NCBI RefSeq assembly: GCF_004010195.1
Contig: NC_057749.1
Coordinates: 12,677,180-12,741,179 of the forward strand
Direction: 5' to 3'
DNA: 64,000 bases
From: Chiloscyllium plagiosum
Lineage: Eukaryota
Shown: one piece after another, positions 38,228 to 50,559 of the stretch
Numbering within the stretch: position 1 is the stretch's first letter
Layout of the letters: each line of letters opens with the position of its first letter
The notes under the pieces: model-generated
Seen by the model: the letters and a program-made list of their open reading frames with translations, nothing else
Told to the model about the DNA's origin: nothing
Databases searched by the model: none
Translations under genes and position numbers: made by a program

Positions 38228-39700
38228 GTACAGCATAGGAACAGACCCTTTGGCTCATCATATCTGAGCCAAACATAATGCTATTCTAAACTAATCCCAT
38301 CTGCCTGCACATGGTCCATATCCTTCTCTTCTCTGCTTGTTCATGTACCTTGTTTAAATGCCTCTCAAACTTTGCTACCATATTTGCTTATACCACCTCC
38401 CCAGCAGCTTGTTCGAGGCACCTAACTGTATTAAAAAAACTTTTCTTGCAAACCTCTTTTAAACTTGCCCCTCTCACCTTAAACCTATACCCTCTAGTAT
38501 TTGACATTTCCATCCTGGCAAAGACACACCGATTATCCACCCTACCCACACCTCTCAGTTTTATATATTTCCATCAAGTCACCCCTCAGCCTGCAACACT
38601 GCAGCAAAAACAATCCCAAATTGTCCAACCGGTCCTTATTGTTAATACACTCCAATCCAGGCAGCATCCTGGTAACCCTCTTCTGCACCCTCCACATCCT
38701 TCCTATCATGCAGTGACCAGAACTGCACACAGTATTCCAAATGTGACCTGACTAAAGTATGACATATTTGCACCATGACTTGCCAACTTTTATACTCAAT
38801 GTCCCACTGAAGGCAAGCATGCCCAGTTGAATTGCCACTTTCAGGGAGCTACAGACTTGAACCCCAAGATGCCTGTTTTTTCAATACTAAGGGTCTTGCT
38901 ATTTACTGTATTTGATCCATGTCCTCCAAAAATGCATCACCTCATACCAGATTAAACTCCAATCACCATCTCTACATTCAACTTTCCAGCTGCAACCCTG
39001 CATTTTTCTTCACTATCCACACCTCCACCAATTTGTGTCATCTGCAAACTTACTAATCAGACCACCAACATTTTGGCAGTACAATGGCTCAGTCGTCAGC
39101 GCTGCCGCCTCACAGGTTAGTGCTGCCGCCTCAGTGCCAGGGACCAGGGTTAGAGTGCAGCCTCAGGCAACTGTATTGTGAAGTTTGTATGTTCTCCCAG
39201 TGTCTGCATGGGGATTGGCCATGCTAAACTGCCCACAGAGTTCAGGGATGGATACATTAGGTGCATTAGCCATGGGAAATGCAAGGTTACAGGGATACAG
39301 TGGGGGACTGGGTCTGGGCGGGATGCTCTTTGGTGGGTTGGTGTGGACTAGTTGGGCTGAATGGCCTGTTTACACACTATAGGAATTCTATTTTATAATA
39401 ACTTATAAACAATACAAACAGAGGTCCTAGCACATATCTTTGCAGAAAACCACTGGTCATAAGCCTCCAGTCAGAAAAGAAATACCTCTACAACAATATC
39501 TGCCTTCTATGGTCAAGCTGATTTTGCATCCAACATGTCAACTTACCGTGGATTCACAATGTGATCTTTTGGAAACCATGAGGGACCATGTCAAATGTTT
39601 TAGTCAAGTCCACGTAAACAACATCTGCTACCTGACCCTCAATAACCTTTGGCACTTCCTCAAAAAAAAACTCAATCAAGTTTGAGAGACAAGACCGCCA
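38228..39700 (-). mobile_element. Decayed CR1 LINE with a nested diverged SINE (39074-39390, plus strand)
   Basis: RVQKRVTRMLPGLE..RLRGDLMEIYK on the minus strand; the SINE has a duplicated GCTGCCGCCTCA head. Confidence 0.8.
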
Positions 39701-39710
39701 TTGTTTATAG

Positions 39711-39830
39711 GTGAAAGTGAGTACTGCAGATGCTGGAGGTTAGAGTCAAGAGTGTGGTGCTGGAAAAGCACAGCAGGTCAGGCAGCACCCGAGGAGCAAG
39801 AAAATTGACGTTTCGGGCAAAAATCCTTGG
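39711..39830 (-). mobile_element. Short PLE family A terminal-repeat insertion with 11-bp TSD
   Basis: Flanked by ATTGTTTATAG (39700-39710) and ATTATTTATAG (39831-39841). Confidence 0.8.
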
Positions 39831-40783
39831 ATTATTTATAGCCAAGCTGACTATCCCTAATACATTTATACTTCAATGCTGCTCTGATTTCTAATGCCTC
39901 TTAATGAAACAACTGAATTTATAGTACTCTCAAGGCAGTCTTCAGTACAACGTATCATTGAATCTCTTTGATCAACTTCACAACTGAAATGCTGAGCAAT
40001 CAAACAGGTAATGTCCATAGTTAAGTTTACAATTAATAATAGAAATTGGCCCTTCAGCAATTTCAACTTAAATTCACCTCTTAACCTCTTAATCTCCCAT
40101 GAACAAAGAGGAGACCCAGACGTTCATGATAATGTTACATTTAATGCAACTGTTGTTTATAACTTAGGAAGCAGAGGTCTTCATGGCAGGTCCTGGAATC
40201 ACATTTCTAAAAATGTTTCTGTAATATTGACACCATGTTTGTGGGACAGTTCTATCAGGATTCAGCAACGTAAACACATGAAACTCATCCAGAGACCAAT
40301 CTCTGACCAAGCAAACTATAGAAGAGTTACATTTAAATACACCTTTGACAGTGTTATAAAATTCACTCCACTGAAGGTGTTACATTGTGAAGCACTACGA
40401 TCTTAGCTTCACCCTGGCTATCAAGAATCTCTCCTTCTATGAGCACAACAGCATTACAGATTGCACAAAATCACTCAGGTGTCAGTTACTGATCAGGGAG
40501 CAGGCAGTGCAGCCAAATGGGATTTCCATGACTTTGCTCAATGGCGATGTGGCCATCAGGGTCTAATTTTAATCCCTTTCTTGGAGAAATGCATTGTATT
40601 TATTGTTTCCATTTAAATTTCTCAACCTAGCTATCAAACAGAAGGTATTACTAGACATGAAGACATACTTAATTCCAGCACGTGAAGTAACATTGACATA
40701 GCCTTCCTCGGCTCTGGAGTTGACCTCCTTTCCAGTATGTACAGGTCCACTACTTTCCCCACAATAGAGAAAAAAAAAATTAC

Positions 40784-40851
40784 CTTTCCATTAGTTTCTC
40801 CTTATCCCAGTTGAAGTGGCTGAGAAGTATCCTTGTGATTGTGGCTGGATT
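40784..40851 (-). CDS. ARIH1: ARIH1 coding exon 2 (UBA-like region), 68 nt
   Basis: [22 protein letters not shown](R); acceptor ccccag|AAT, donor AAG|GTAATT. Confidence 0.97.
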
Positions 40852-42338
40852 CTGGGGGGTAAAAGGCAAGATCAAATAACACAATTTAATAAATTTGAAG
40901 CATATTTCCTGTGATTGACATCCTTAAACACATTTGAAAGTTTGTACTAATTTTTCTCTGGGTCATCTCCACACTAATTATTTGTAGAGGGGCAGACAAT
41001 TGAGATGTGAATTAGCACCAATATGACAATTCTGGTTGTAAGAGCTTAAAGCATGTTCCAAGTTGAGTTCTATTTTCACCTGTGAGTCAAAGGAATCAAC
41101 CCACCATCAGTAAACATATAATCTAGACCGACAGTAGGGTGAGGCTGTTCCGCGCTTGCAGAGCTGTTGTCAAGTTACAACCCAGTCTGCCTGTTTAAAT
41201 TGGTACAGACAACCAAAGATTCAATTGCACTGGCTGACAGAGACTGAGAGGTTACCACCTGTGTCCCGGTCAACACAACTCACTTGACAACCACATGAGT
41301 ATAGTTCTGGCACAAAATGGCTGCTATAAACAGTGTATTTTAATGAGATTTACTTTATGTAAAGTACTGAGCCATTTCAGATATGTAACAAGGTTGAGTG
41401 CCTGCATTCCTCATTCCCAACGCCATGATCAGGAACAGATTTGTAGCCACTAATTGGGATTTACCAGCCTACTTAGCAATGAGTAAACAATCTCACCCTA
41501 CCTAGCACCGTAAGGTTAGGAATCTGTCAAACACAATTGTGCATTATAAAGGTAGCTGAGGTCATGAGTTTCAGATTGCTGTGTAATAAGACACTAGTGT
41601 CTTACATCAAGACCAAATGACATGGAATTATTTAAAAAACACAATAGCCTTCAGAAAATCTCTCAATAACCCTAGTTATAGATGAGTGCATTTTCATAAC
41701 ATACAAAAGGTTTTTATTCGATTTTATTTATTCAGTTGATATCATTACCATATGTACTACCTCACAGGAACTTAGGAACAGCGTGTGATTCAACAGTCAC
41801 ATACAATCTGGAATTGACAAAGCTGGGTTTGCAACATCGTATATAAAAACACCCCATCGACAGCGATTTTTAGCACACATAATTAATATACAGTTTGAGA
41901 TTGTGGACAATGCTGACAAGGCCAGCATTTATGGCGTATCTTCACCTGCCCTCAAGACGTGGTGACCCACATTCAAGAACCATTGAAGTCTCTGCTGGAG
42001 GCTTCCCTGTTAGTGAGAGTCCCACGCTTTTGTCTAAGTGATGAAGAAACAATGGTGATCTTGTTTCAGGTTAGCATGATGTGTGGCTTGGTGAAGAGGT
42101 ACTCCATGGCTTTCTAGGTGGAGGAGATCAGACTCTGGAAGGTCATCTTGAAGCTTTGGTGAGTTGTTAAAGTGCTTTGTGTAGGTGGTACACACTATCG
42201 CCATTGTCCCGGACTTTGCTGAGCTTTTGGAATGTTTTTACAGCTTCATCCATCCAGAAAGTTCCATCAGACTCCTGACTTGTTCCTTAGAGATGGTGGA
42301 AAAGTTCTGGAATGTTACCTGCCACAGAATACACAGAG

Positions 42339-42690
42339 GGTAAAAACGAGGACTGCAGATGCTGGAAACCCGAGTCTGAATTAGAGTGTCTGGATTAGAG
42401 TGATATTTCAGGCAAAAACCCTTCATCAGGAATAGAGGTCACCTTCACCTTTATTCCTGATGAAGGGCTTTTGCCCAAAACGTCTATTTTCCTACTCCTT
42501 GTATCCTGTCTGACCTGCTGTGCTGTTCCAGCACCACTCTAATCCAGACAGAATACACAGAGTCAAAAGTGTGGCGCTGGAAAAACACAACAGGTCAGGC
42601 AGCACCTGACGAAAAAGACTTACCTTGCTGTGCTTTTCCAGGGCCACACTTTGACAGACTCTCTAGCATCTGCAGTCCTGCCTTTCTCAA
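42339..42690. mobile_element. Two adjacent palindromic PLE family A derivatives
   Basis: Inverted halves around CTTCATCAGGAATA...TATTCCTGATGAAG; direct repeats ACAGAATACACAGAG at 42324-42338 and 42548-42562, AGAATACAC again at 42691-42699. Confidence 0.8.
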
Positions 42691-42929
42691 AGAATACACC
42701 AGACCCCGATCCTGTACTGTGGTTAGAATATTAATGCAGCCAATGCAGGTGAATTTCATTCTAGCGATGAGGACACACATTGTTTGTTCACGTTAGGCAT
42801 TTCAGATGACACTGTGCGAGGTTGCAGCAACAAAAACAATGAATAGTACAGCGCAGGAACAGGTCCTTCAGCCCACCAAGCCTGCTCTGACATGACACCT
42901 TTCTAAAGTAAGGGACTTTTGCCTCTACT

Positions 42930-43307
42930 CAGTCCACACACGCAGACAACAAGCAACATGAATTCGACTGGGACAACACTACTATCACAGGGCAAGCAAG
43001 ACAGAGAACAGCCAGGGAATTCCTAGAGGCATGGCATTCATCCACAAACTCCATCAACAAACACATCGACCTGGACCCAATATACCAACCACTACAGCGG
43101 ACAGCTGAAACTGACAACGGAAGCGGCAGGGACAGACCACTATAAACACCGGAGGAAACATCAAAGAAGCGCTTCGCAGGAGGCTCCCAAGCACTGAAGA
43201 TGTCGCCTAGCCAGGGGACGAAACGTTTGCAACAAAAACTTCCAGCTTGGCGAACAGAACCACAGCAACGAGCACCCGAGCTACAAATCTTCGCACAAAC
43301 TTTGAAC
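42930..43307 (+). mobile_element. Penelope-like element family B, 3' fragment
   Basis: THADNKQHEFDWDNTTITGQARQRTAREFLEAWHS; ends CACAAACTTTGAAC like the copy at 57487. Confidence 0.88.
43191..43230 (+). ncRNA. Minimal type-I hammerhead ribozyme motif (PLE family B), core intact
   Basis: GCA-CTGAAGA-T-GTCGCCT-AGCC-AGGGGAC-GAAAC-GTT-TGC: CUGANGA, stem II with 6 of 7 pairs, GAAA, loopless ACGU stem III, GUU triplet, stem I GCA/UGC. Confidence 0.78.
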
Positions 43308-46010
43308 TTTACCACCATCCTGTCTCCTACCTTCAAACCAATTTTGTATCCAATTGGCTAGATCCCCCTGGAACCGACATGATCTAACCTTACTAACCAG
43401 TCTACCACACTAACCACACTTACTAACCAGTCTAACCCTTTCAAACACTATGCTGAATTTCATACAGACAACATCTACCACTCTGCCTTCATCAGTGTTC
43501 TTTGTTACCTCTTCTTTCTCTTGTACTGCCCATTTTGTCAAAGGGTGCAAATTGTCTGGAATGCTTTGTGCATTACAACGTAGCTGCACTTCACAAGGAC
43601 ATTACTGTTTGCAAAACACTTTGGGATATGCCAAGGTCACAAACATTCTATAGAAATACACGTCTTTCTTTTCAACCAATCTATCTCAATCTGCTGGTTC
43701 TAATGAACAGAGATGTAGGTGTGGGAAATAGAGGGAGGTCATAACACCAGAACCTTGAAAAAACCCTCTTTTAGTGAGAAACAAATGACCATGAAGATAC
43801 ATGAATGGGGAAAGCTTTCCATAACCTTTTAACCATGAGACAGAGTTAAAATGGTTGATTAAGCTGAATGCATTGTTTGCTAAGGTGTTCAGTGAGTGCC
43901 ACTTTCTTCTTTCACCAAGAAATAAGAAAGCAGCCCACTCTAAACAGTGTTAATGGATTTTCCAGTTATCTCAACAGAATTGGGGAGGTACTTCCATGTG
44001 ATATCCAAAAGATGGAACTTCCAACAGGATTATCTGGTCAAGTTCTGTAGTAGGATGTGATTCAAAGACAAGTGTGTTAATACGGAGTCAAAAGTGTCTG
44101 ACATCTGATACAGAAACCAAAACACACCAGTAAGCAGATCACAAAGCAAAAGCTAATTTAGCATTTCAAAGCTAGAAAATTCTCCAGGGAACCGCTTGAG
44201 CTATAAAACTTGGCTGTATGTGGCAAGAAATCTCATGCAATAATACAGACAAGAGCCACCACCATCCCTTACCACAGCTCAACCCCTCCCCCAAAATTAA
44301 TTGGGTCTTTGGAACAGCATCCTTTTTAATGCCCAAATGGAATTTCAGACGTGAACTCAGATATAAACACCTTACAGCCCAGATAATATACAATTACACA
44401 GGAGAATAAATGAGTAGAAGGGAATCATCATGCCAGGAGGTTCAGAATATGTTGTAAACCTTAACTGCAAATCTGTCAGTAACTACTAATAGGATTATGG
44501 CAAGTGACTTTTCCCCTGCTGTAGTGTGGTCCAATTCATCAGACAAGATGGAAGATTAGAGCAACTGTTATTTTCTAATGTGAAGTAGCACATGTATTCA
44601 CATGTGTATAGCCATTACTGAAATTCAAATGTCCTGCTCTTTCCAGCATCTTCTTCTAATCATTCTTTTCTGTAATCACCTCACCAGATGCAGTTTAAGT
44701 TTGGAAAGATATAAAGTATACATTCTATCTACAGGTCACCAGTATGAAGAAAGAGTCTCATTAGAGAGTACATAATAATGCAAAAACTCATCAATAGCTA
44801 TAATACTTTTTACTGTATAGTGTTTATAAATAACAAGTGAAAGTGATCTCTGAAGGCAGCAAGTGTAATTCTACCATTATTATACTTTTACCCAATCTAG
44901 TTCCTGACCCATGGAAAACTGCACCAGCAAATAAACATTAAACATAAACATTAAAAATTGACATTGGCTGAATGAGCTAAAAGGTAAAAGCAACAACGTT
45001 ACTCCACAGATTTCAATGAACATTTAAACAGGGACCTTCCACAATTTTAATGATTGTAAGGCCACTGCCATCAAATAAACCACTCAAACATATTGTAGGA
45101 AGCTTGGCTGCTGTGAGTAGTGGCTGTTAATATGATTCCGATGCAAGCATTCCCACCCAGCAGAAATTTCAGGCTCTGTTGGGCAAAACAAGCTGTTGCC
45201 ACCACAGCTACCTCTGGGAGACAGTGGCAAGATAGTGAACAGTGAGCAGTCAAGGATTGAACCACAGCCAGAATCCTGGCTGCACACTCACCATCGAATC
45301 AAGCTCAAAAGTAATGACGGGCAGGCTTAGCATCATCTCACTCAAACAAAAGGAAATATTATCCATTCTGATCCTGGTCAGCACAGCATTTGGCCTGGAT
45401 AGAAGGCAGTCATTCACCCTGCTCAGAACCCACGTTGCTTTTGCAATGCTGTTCAGGTTAAACCTAATGTGTTCCAGCCAGAAAGGTTTATTTTGAGCAG
45501 CTGCTAATTTTGAAATGGAAAAATCCAAGGTTCAAACCTTCTAAAAGTTATGAATGGGAAAAAATTGTCCAGACTAAGCTCGAGCTTGCTGTTTAGAGGA
45601 GACTCAATTCTTTACAAAAGGGCATAAATTACTTAAGGAAATAAATACAAATAAACATTCAAAATTGTAATATTTAATTTACTCCTTCAAAATGCTCCTC
45701 AGCAATCAGACTATAACCCAACACTTTATATCAAAATCCTCCTTCCAAATAAAAATCAAGTTTACAATTACAGAGCCAAGAGAACTTTCAGTAGGCTGTG
45801 TGTAAACCCTGGTCCACCAAGCCAAGTCACTGCTGGCCACGCCCTTTAACATAGGCACACCCATCCATACCAGGATGGGTACATGAATAGGTTTTTAAGA
45901 GGGATATGGGCCAAACACTAGCAAATGGGACTGGATGAGATCGGGATATCTGGTCAGCGCAGACAAATTGGACCAAAGGGTCTAGTTCTGTGCAATATGA
46001 CTTTATATAG

Positions 46011-46211
46011 GAGAAAGTGAGGACTGCAGATGCTGGGGATCAGAGTCAAGAGTGTGGTGCTAGAAAAGCACAGCAGGTCAGGCAGCAGAGGAGGAGGACA
46101 ATTGACGTTTCGAGCATAACTTCTGATAAAGAGTTTATGCACAAAACATCAATTCTCCTGCTCCTCAGATGCTGCCTGACCTGTTGTGCTTTTCCAGCAC
46201 CACATCTCGAC
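46011..46211. mobile_element. Palindromic PLE family A derivative inserted in a CR1 tail
   Basis: GTGTGGTGCTAGAAAAGCACAGCAGGTCAGGCAGCA and its inverted copy TGCTGCCTGACCTGTTGTGCTTTCCAGCACCACA. Confidence 0.8.
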
Positions 46212-46377
46212 ATATGATTCTATGTCTATGACAATTGAGAAAATAATGTCTTTATCTGTAGGATAAAGTAATAGCTCTCTAAAGTTGCACTCACAAGGAG
46301 GGGCCACCAGATTAGACTTAGGGTATACAAACTCCAAGGAATGGCTTTCTTAGAGCTCTGACTGAGTTCTAACTGAG

Positions 46378-46689
46378 GGGGGCACGATGGCTCAGTGGTT
46401 AGCACTGCTGCCTCACTTCACCAGGAACCCAGGTTCGATTCTTGCCTCGAGTGACTGTCTGTGGAATTTGCACATTCTCCCAGTGTCAGTGTGGGTTTCC
46501 TCCCATGATCCAAAGATGTGCAGGCCAGGTGAATTGGCCATGCTAAATTGCCCATAGTGTTAGGTACACTAGTCAGGGGTAAATATAAAAGGTGGGGGAA
46601 TGGGTCTGGGGGGGTTGCTCTTCAGAGGATCAGTATGGACATGTTGGGCCGAAGGGCCTGTTTCCATACTGTAGGGTATCTAATCTAAT
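46378..46689 (+). mobile_element. HE1/V-SINE-type SINE
   Basis: A box TGGCTCAGTGG, B box GGTTCGATTC, conserved core, TATCTAATCTAA tail. Confidence 0.9.
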
Positions 46690-47929
46690 AACAGTCCCTG
46701 CCTTTAGTAAATCCTCTGTTGCAAGTTTCCTTGATCAATGAAAAGTATTTCCACACAAATAAGATGGCTTCTCTCTCTCCATGTCCAAATACTGTATCCC
46801 TTTAACATCAGCATAGGGAATAAGAATGGTCACTTGGGTTCTATATCGACATATAATCAATGCATGCGCAACTAGTAAATACTGGTACATTTCATAAATG
46901 AGAAGTAAATGGGAGAGCGAGAAATCAACATGCACTGAAGTGGAGACTGGACAGAAAATCCAGAGGTAGCCGATTAAGTCTTAGCTCAAAACAGCAATTA
47001 CTCTAGGCAATTTTATCACCCTTGAGGTTACTGGAGCGTTGTCAACCAAAATTCTATCACCACCTACATGCCCCAGGCTCAACCATGTGCTGGGATCTTA
47101 AGTAAAGCAAGCAGCAAAATTGCATTCAGCTGAATGATAAGTCTTCGATACATCGAATGTCAGGTTCCAGGCACAGCTAGATATTAGACCAAATTAATTT
47201 CAGGGTATTCACTGGATTTCCAAAGGTTGTCTCAAGCTCAGCACTAACAAATCACAAACCTTCTACTCCCAATTGATCAGTAAGCCCCATGTCCACAGAT
47301 GACTGGTTCAGGCTCAATGTTCACCTCTCTGCGAATATCATATCCATACTGGTTAACATGAAAACCCTAAGCAGTTGGTTCAAGACAGTTCACTGGGCCA
47401 AAACATCTAATGCTGTCACTGTACAAATTTAGCAAATTAATGTTTCACATTACTGAAACCTAATGATGACCTCACATATAGATCTTCTAATAGAACAGTG
47501 AAACATAAGGTATTAATATAACTAACATGGTAAATCCTAGAAGGTTGATGACCTTTCAATGCTGGCATTTAATCCAGGTTCAGTTGCATAAATGCAACTA
47601 AAATCTGAGGTCTTTTCAGGTCTGCAGAATGACATGGTCTGATTACTGAAACCTGACAAGGTTTTATTAAACCACCTAAATCTTTAAATGAGAGGACGAA
47701 GTACCTTTCTCTATTTTGCTCTGGATAGTGGTGAGATTCTTTACTGTTCCTGCAACTGATTCACCTAGGCAAGTAGAAAATCTCATTTGTGCCATGTAAG
47801 CAGTTGGCAGACTTTGAGAAGTCAGGGGACTAGTCACTTAGCACAGAACACTCAACTTCTAACCTAGACACATGGTCACGACATTTGTGCTGCTTCTGCT
47901 AAGATTTTCGATGTTAGCTCAAATGCTCC

Positions 47930-49014
47930 AAGATTCACGGAATACAGGGAGAACTAGCCATTTGGATACAGAACTGGCTTAAAGGGAAAGGCAGAGGGCG
48001 GTGGTGGAGGGCTGTTTTACAGACTGGAGGCCTTTGACCAGTGGAGTGCCACAGAGATCAGTGCTGGGTCCTCTACTTTTTGACATTTACATAAATGATT
48101 TGGATGTGAGCATAATAGGTACAATTAGTAAGTTTGGAGATGTAGTGGACAGCTCAGATTACCACAGGATCTTGACCAGATGGGCCAATGGGCAGAGGAG
48201 TGGCAGATGGAGTTTAATTCAGAGAAATGCGAGGTGCTGCATTTTGGGAAAGCAAATCTTAGCAGGACTTATACACTTAATGGTAAGGTCCTAGGGAGTG
48301 TTACTGAACAAAGAGACCTTGGAGTGCAGGTTCATAGCTAATTGAAAGTGGGATCGCAGGTAGATAGGACAGTGAAGGCGGCATTTGGTAAGCTTTCCTT
48401 AATTGGTCAGAGTATTGAGTACAGGAGTTGGGAGGTCATGTTGCGGCTGTACAGGACATTGGTTAGGCCACTGTTGGAATATTGCACGCAATTCTGGTCT
48501 CCTTCCTATTGGAACGTTGTGGTGAAACTTGAACGGGTTCTGAAAAGATTTACAAGGATGTTGCCAGGGTTGAAGGATTTGAGCTATAGGGAGAGGCTGA
48601 ACAGGCTGGGGCTGTTATCCCTGAAGCGCCGGAGGTTGAGGGGTGACCTTATAGAGGTTTACAAAATTATGAGGGGCATGGATAGGATAAATAGGCAAAA
48701 TCTTCTCCCTGGGGTCAGAGTCCAGAACTAGAGTGCATAGGTTTCGGGTAAGAGGAAAAATATAAAAGAGATCCAAGGGACAACTTTCTCCACACAGAGT
48801 GCGGTACGTGTATGGAATGAGCTGCAAGAGGAAGTGGTGGAGGCTGGTACAATTGCAACATTTAAGAGGCATCTGGATGGGTATATGAATAGGAAGGGTT
48901 TGGAGCGGTATGGGCCGGGTGCTGGCAGGTGGGACTAGATTGGGTTGGAATATCTGGTCGGCATGGACTGGTTGGACCAAAGGGTCTGTTTCCATGCTGT
49001 AAATCTCTGACTCT
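47930..49014 (+). mobile_element. 5'-truncated CR1 LINE
   Basis: SGVPQRSVLGPLLFDIYINDLD, LYRTLVRPLLEYC, RRRLRGDLIEVYKIM and 3' UTR. Confidence 0.93.
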
Positions 49015-50559
49015 ATTCAAACATATTACTGCTAGCACTAGTGTTTCACATACAGACAAGATACGATACTTTTGCAGGAAATACATTTCCATCTTCTCTG
49101 AACACAATCTGCTCATTGTGATGTGGATTTCCAGTGTTAAGAAACACAATGAGATCATCAGAGACCAATCCCTTTTTAAAAAAATTTGGGTTCAAGGAAC
49201 AGTATCTTTTAATGTACAGGACTAACTTTAGCCCTTTGCCTATTAACTCCTACTGTAATCCACTTTATTTTTCTCTCTGATTTTATTTTACTGTGATAAA
49301 CACAGGATTTTTTTGTTTTAAGGACAATCATTGGTAGCAGGTCCATAGAATATCCAAAACTGACCTAAACTTAAAGCAGCAAAGACTAATTTCTCCACTT
49401 TATAAAATGTGAGCATGTGTTTAGAATGAATATTGCTCCATTTTACTAACTTCTAGACAATGATCAAATAGTGATTCAATATTGGTGCAAATTTATTGGA
49501 ATAAACAATAAGTAATAAAACCAAAAAAATGATGGAAATAATTAATGCATCAGGGAGCATCTGTAGAGAAAAAGTTAATATTTCAACTTGATGACCATTT
49601 GTCTGAACCGGAATCTAGAGTCACTGAGGCATGAGGTTAGATAATATAGGCTTAAAATGTGTTAAATTAAACCAGTTCAAAGTGTGGAAACCAGCAAATT
49701 TCATGTAATGCAGTAACTTCACCAAAAAAAAGCAGAGTGCTGCATTATTAATTTTTTTATTTTTCTGTTGTCTCTTATTTGAACGTCTTGCTTAAATCAA
49801 GGCTGAAATTCCATGTAAAAATGCAAATTTCCAGCCAAATACCTTGTGCTCTAATCTAATACTAAATATTGTAGAGAAAGATCTATATGCTGGTTCATGA
49901 CAAGATTACATCTTTACCAAGAGTTGCATGCAATATTTAGAATAACATAAAAATCACACTTGTTTACTTACATAACTTAATTTTCTTTTTTGTCGTGATT
50001 TCTCAATGAAATGGCAGTGATAACACAGGGGTCACAAGCAGAAAACTGTTAGCATGACAAGATTACTCTAAGTTTGAGCCAACTTGATTATTACCAGTTA
50101 CTCAAGATAAGTGATCCAAATATGGATTTTGATCTTTCAGCAGAAATCAGGAGGTTAAAAACGGTAATACGCTCAGTTGGTAAATTCGAGACTATCCCAG
50201 TTCAGGGAATTTCCCAACCAGAAATATCAACCTTAAAAAAAAAATACCAGATTTTGTTCAAAAACCATAAATAGTAAAGCACTCATGAAGATTGTACCGT
50301 ATTTCCTCAATATCACAACGGGGCACACAGAAACTTATGGCAACATATAGACAAAGACGCGATTAGAAATATGAGAGACCAGGAAAAGAAACCTGGCTGC
50401 CCTCCTGGCACATGTTCACCTTTCCATTGAAACCGGGGATCCTGCTCAAAACTACTCATACAAGGCCAAGGAAAGTGGCGGGCGAAGGGAAAGACAAGAG
50501 AAAACAAATCACTCATCCTTCCCCTCATTCTCACTTTGGTTTAATCTCCTTCCTCATTT

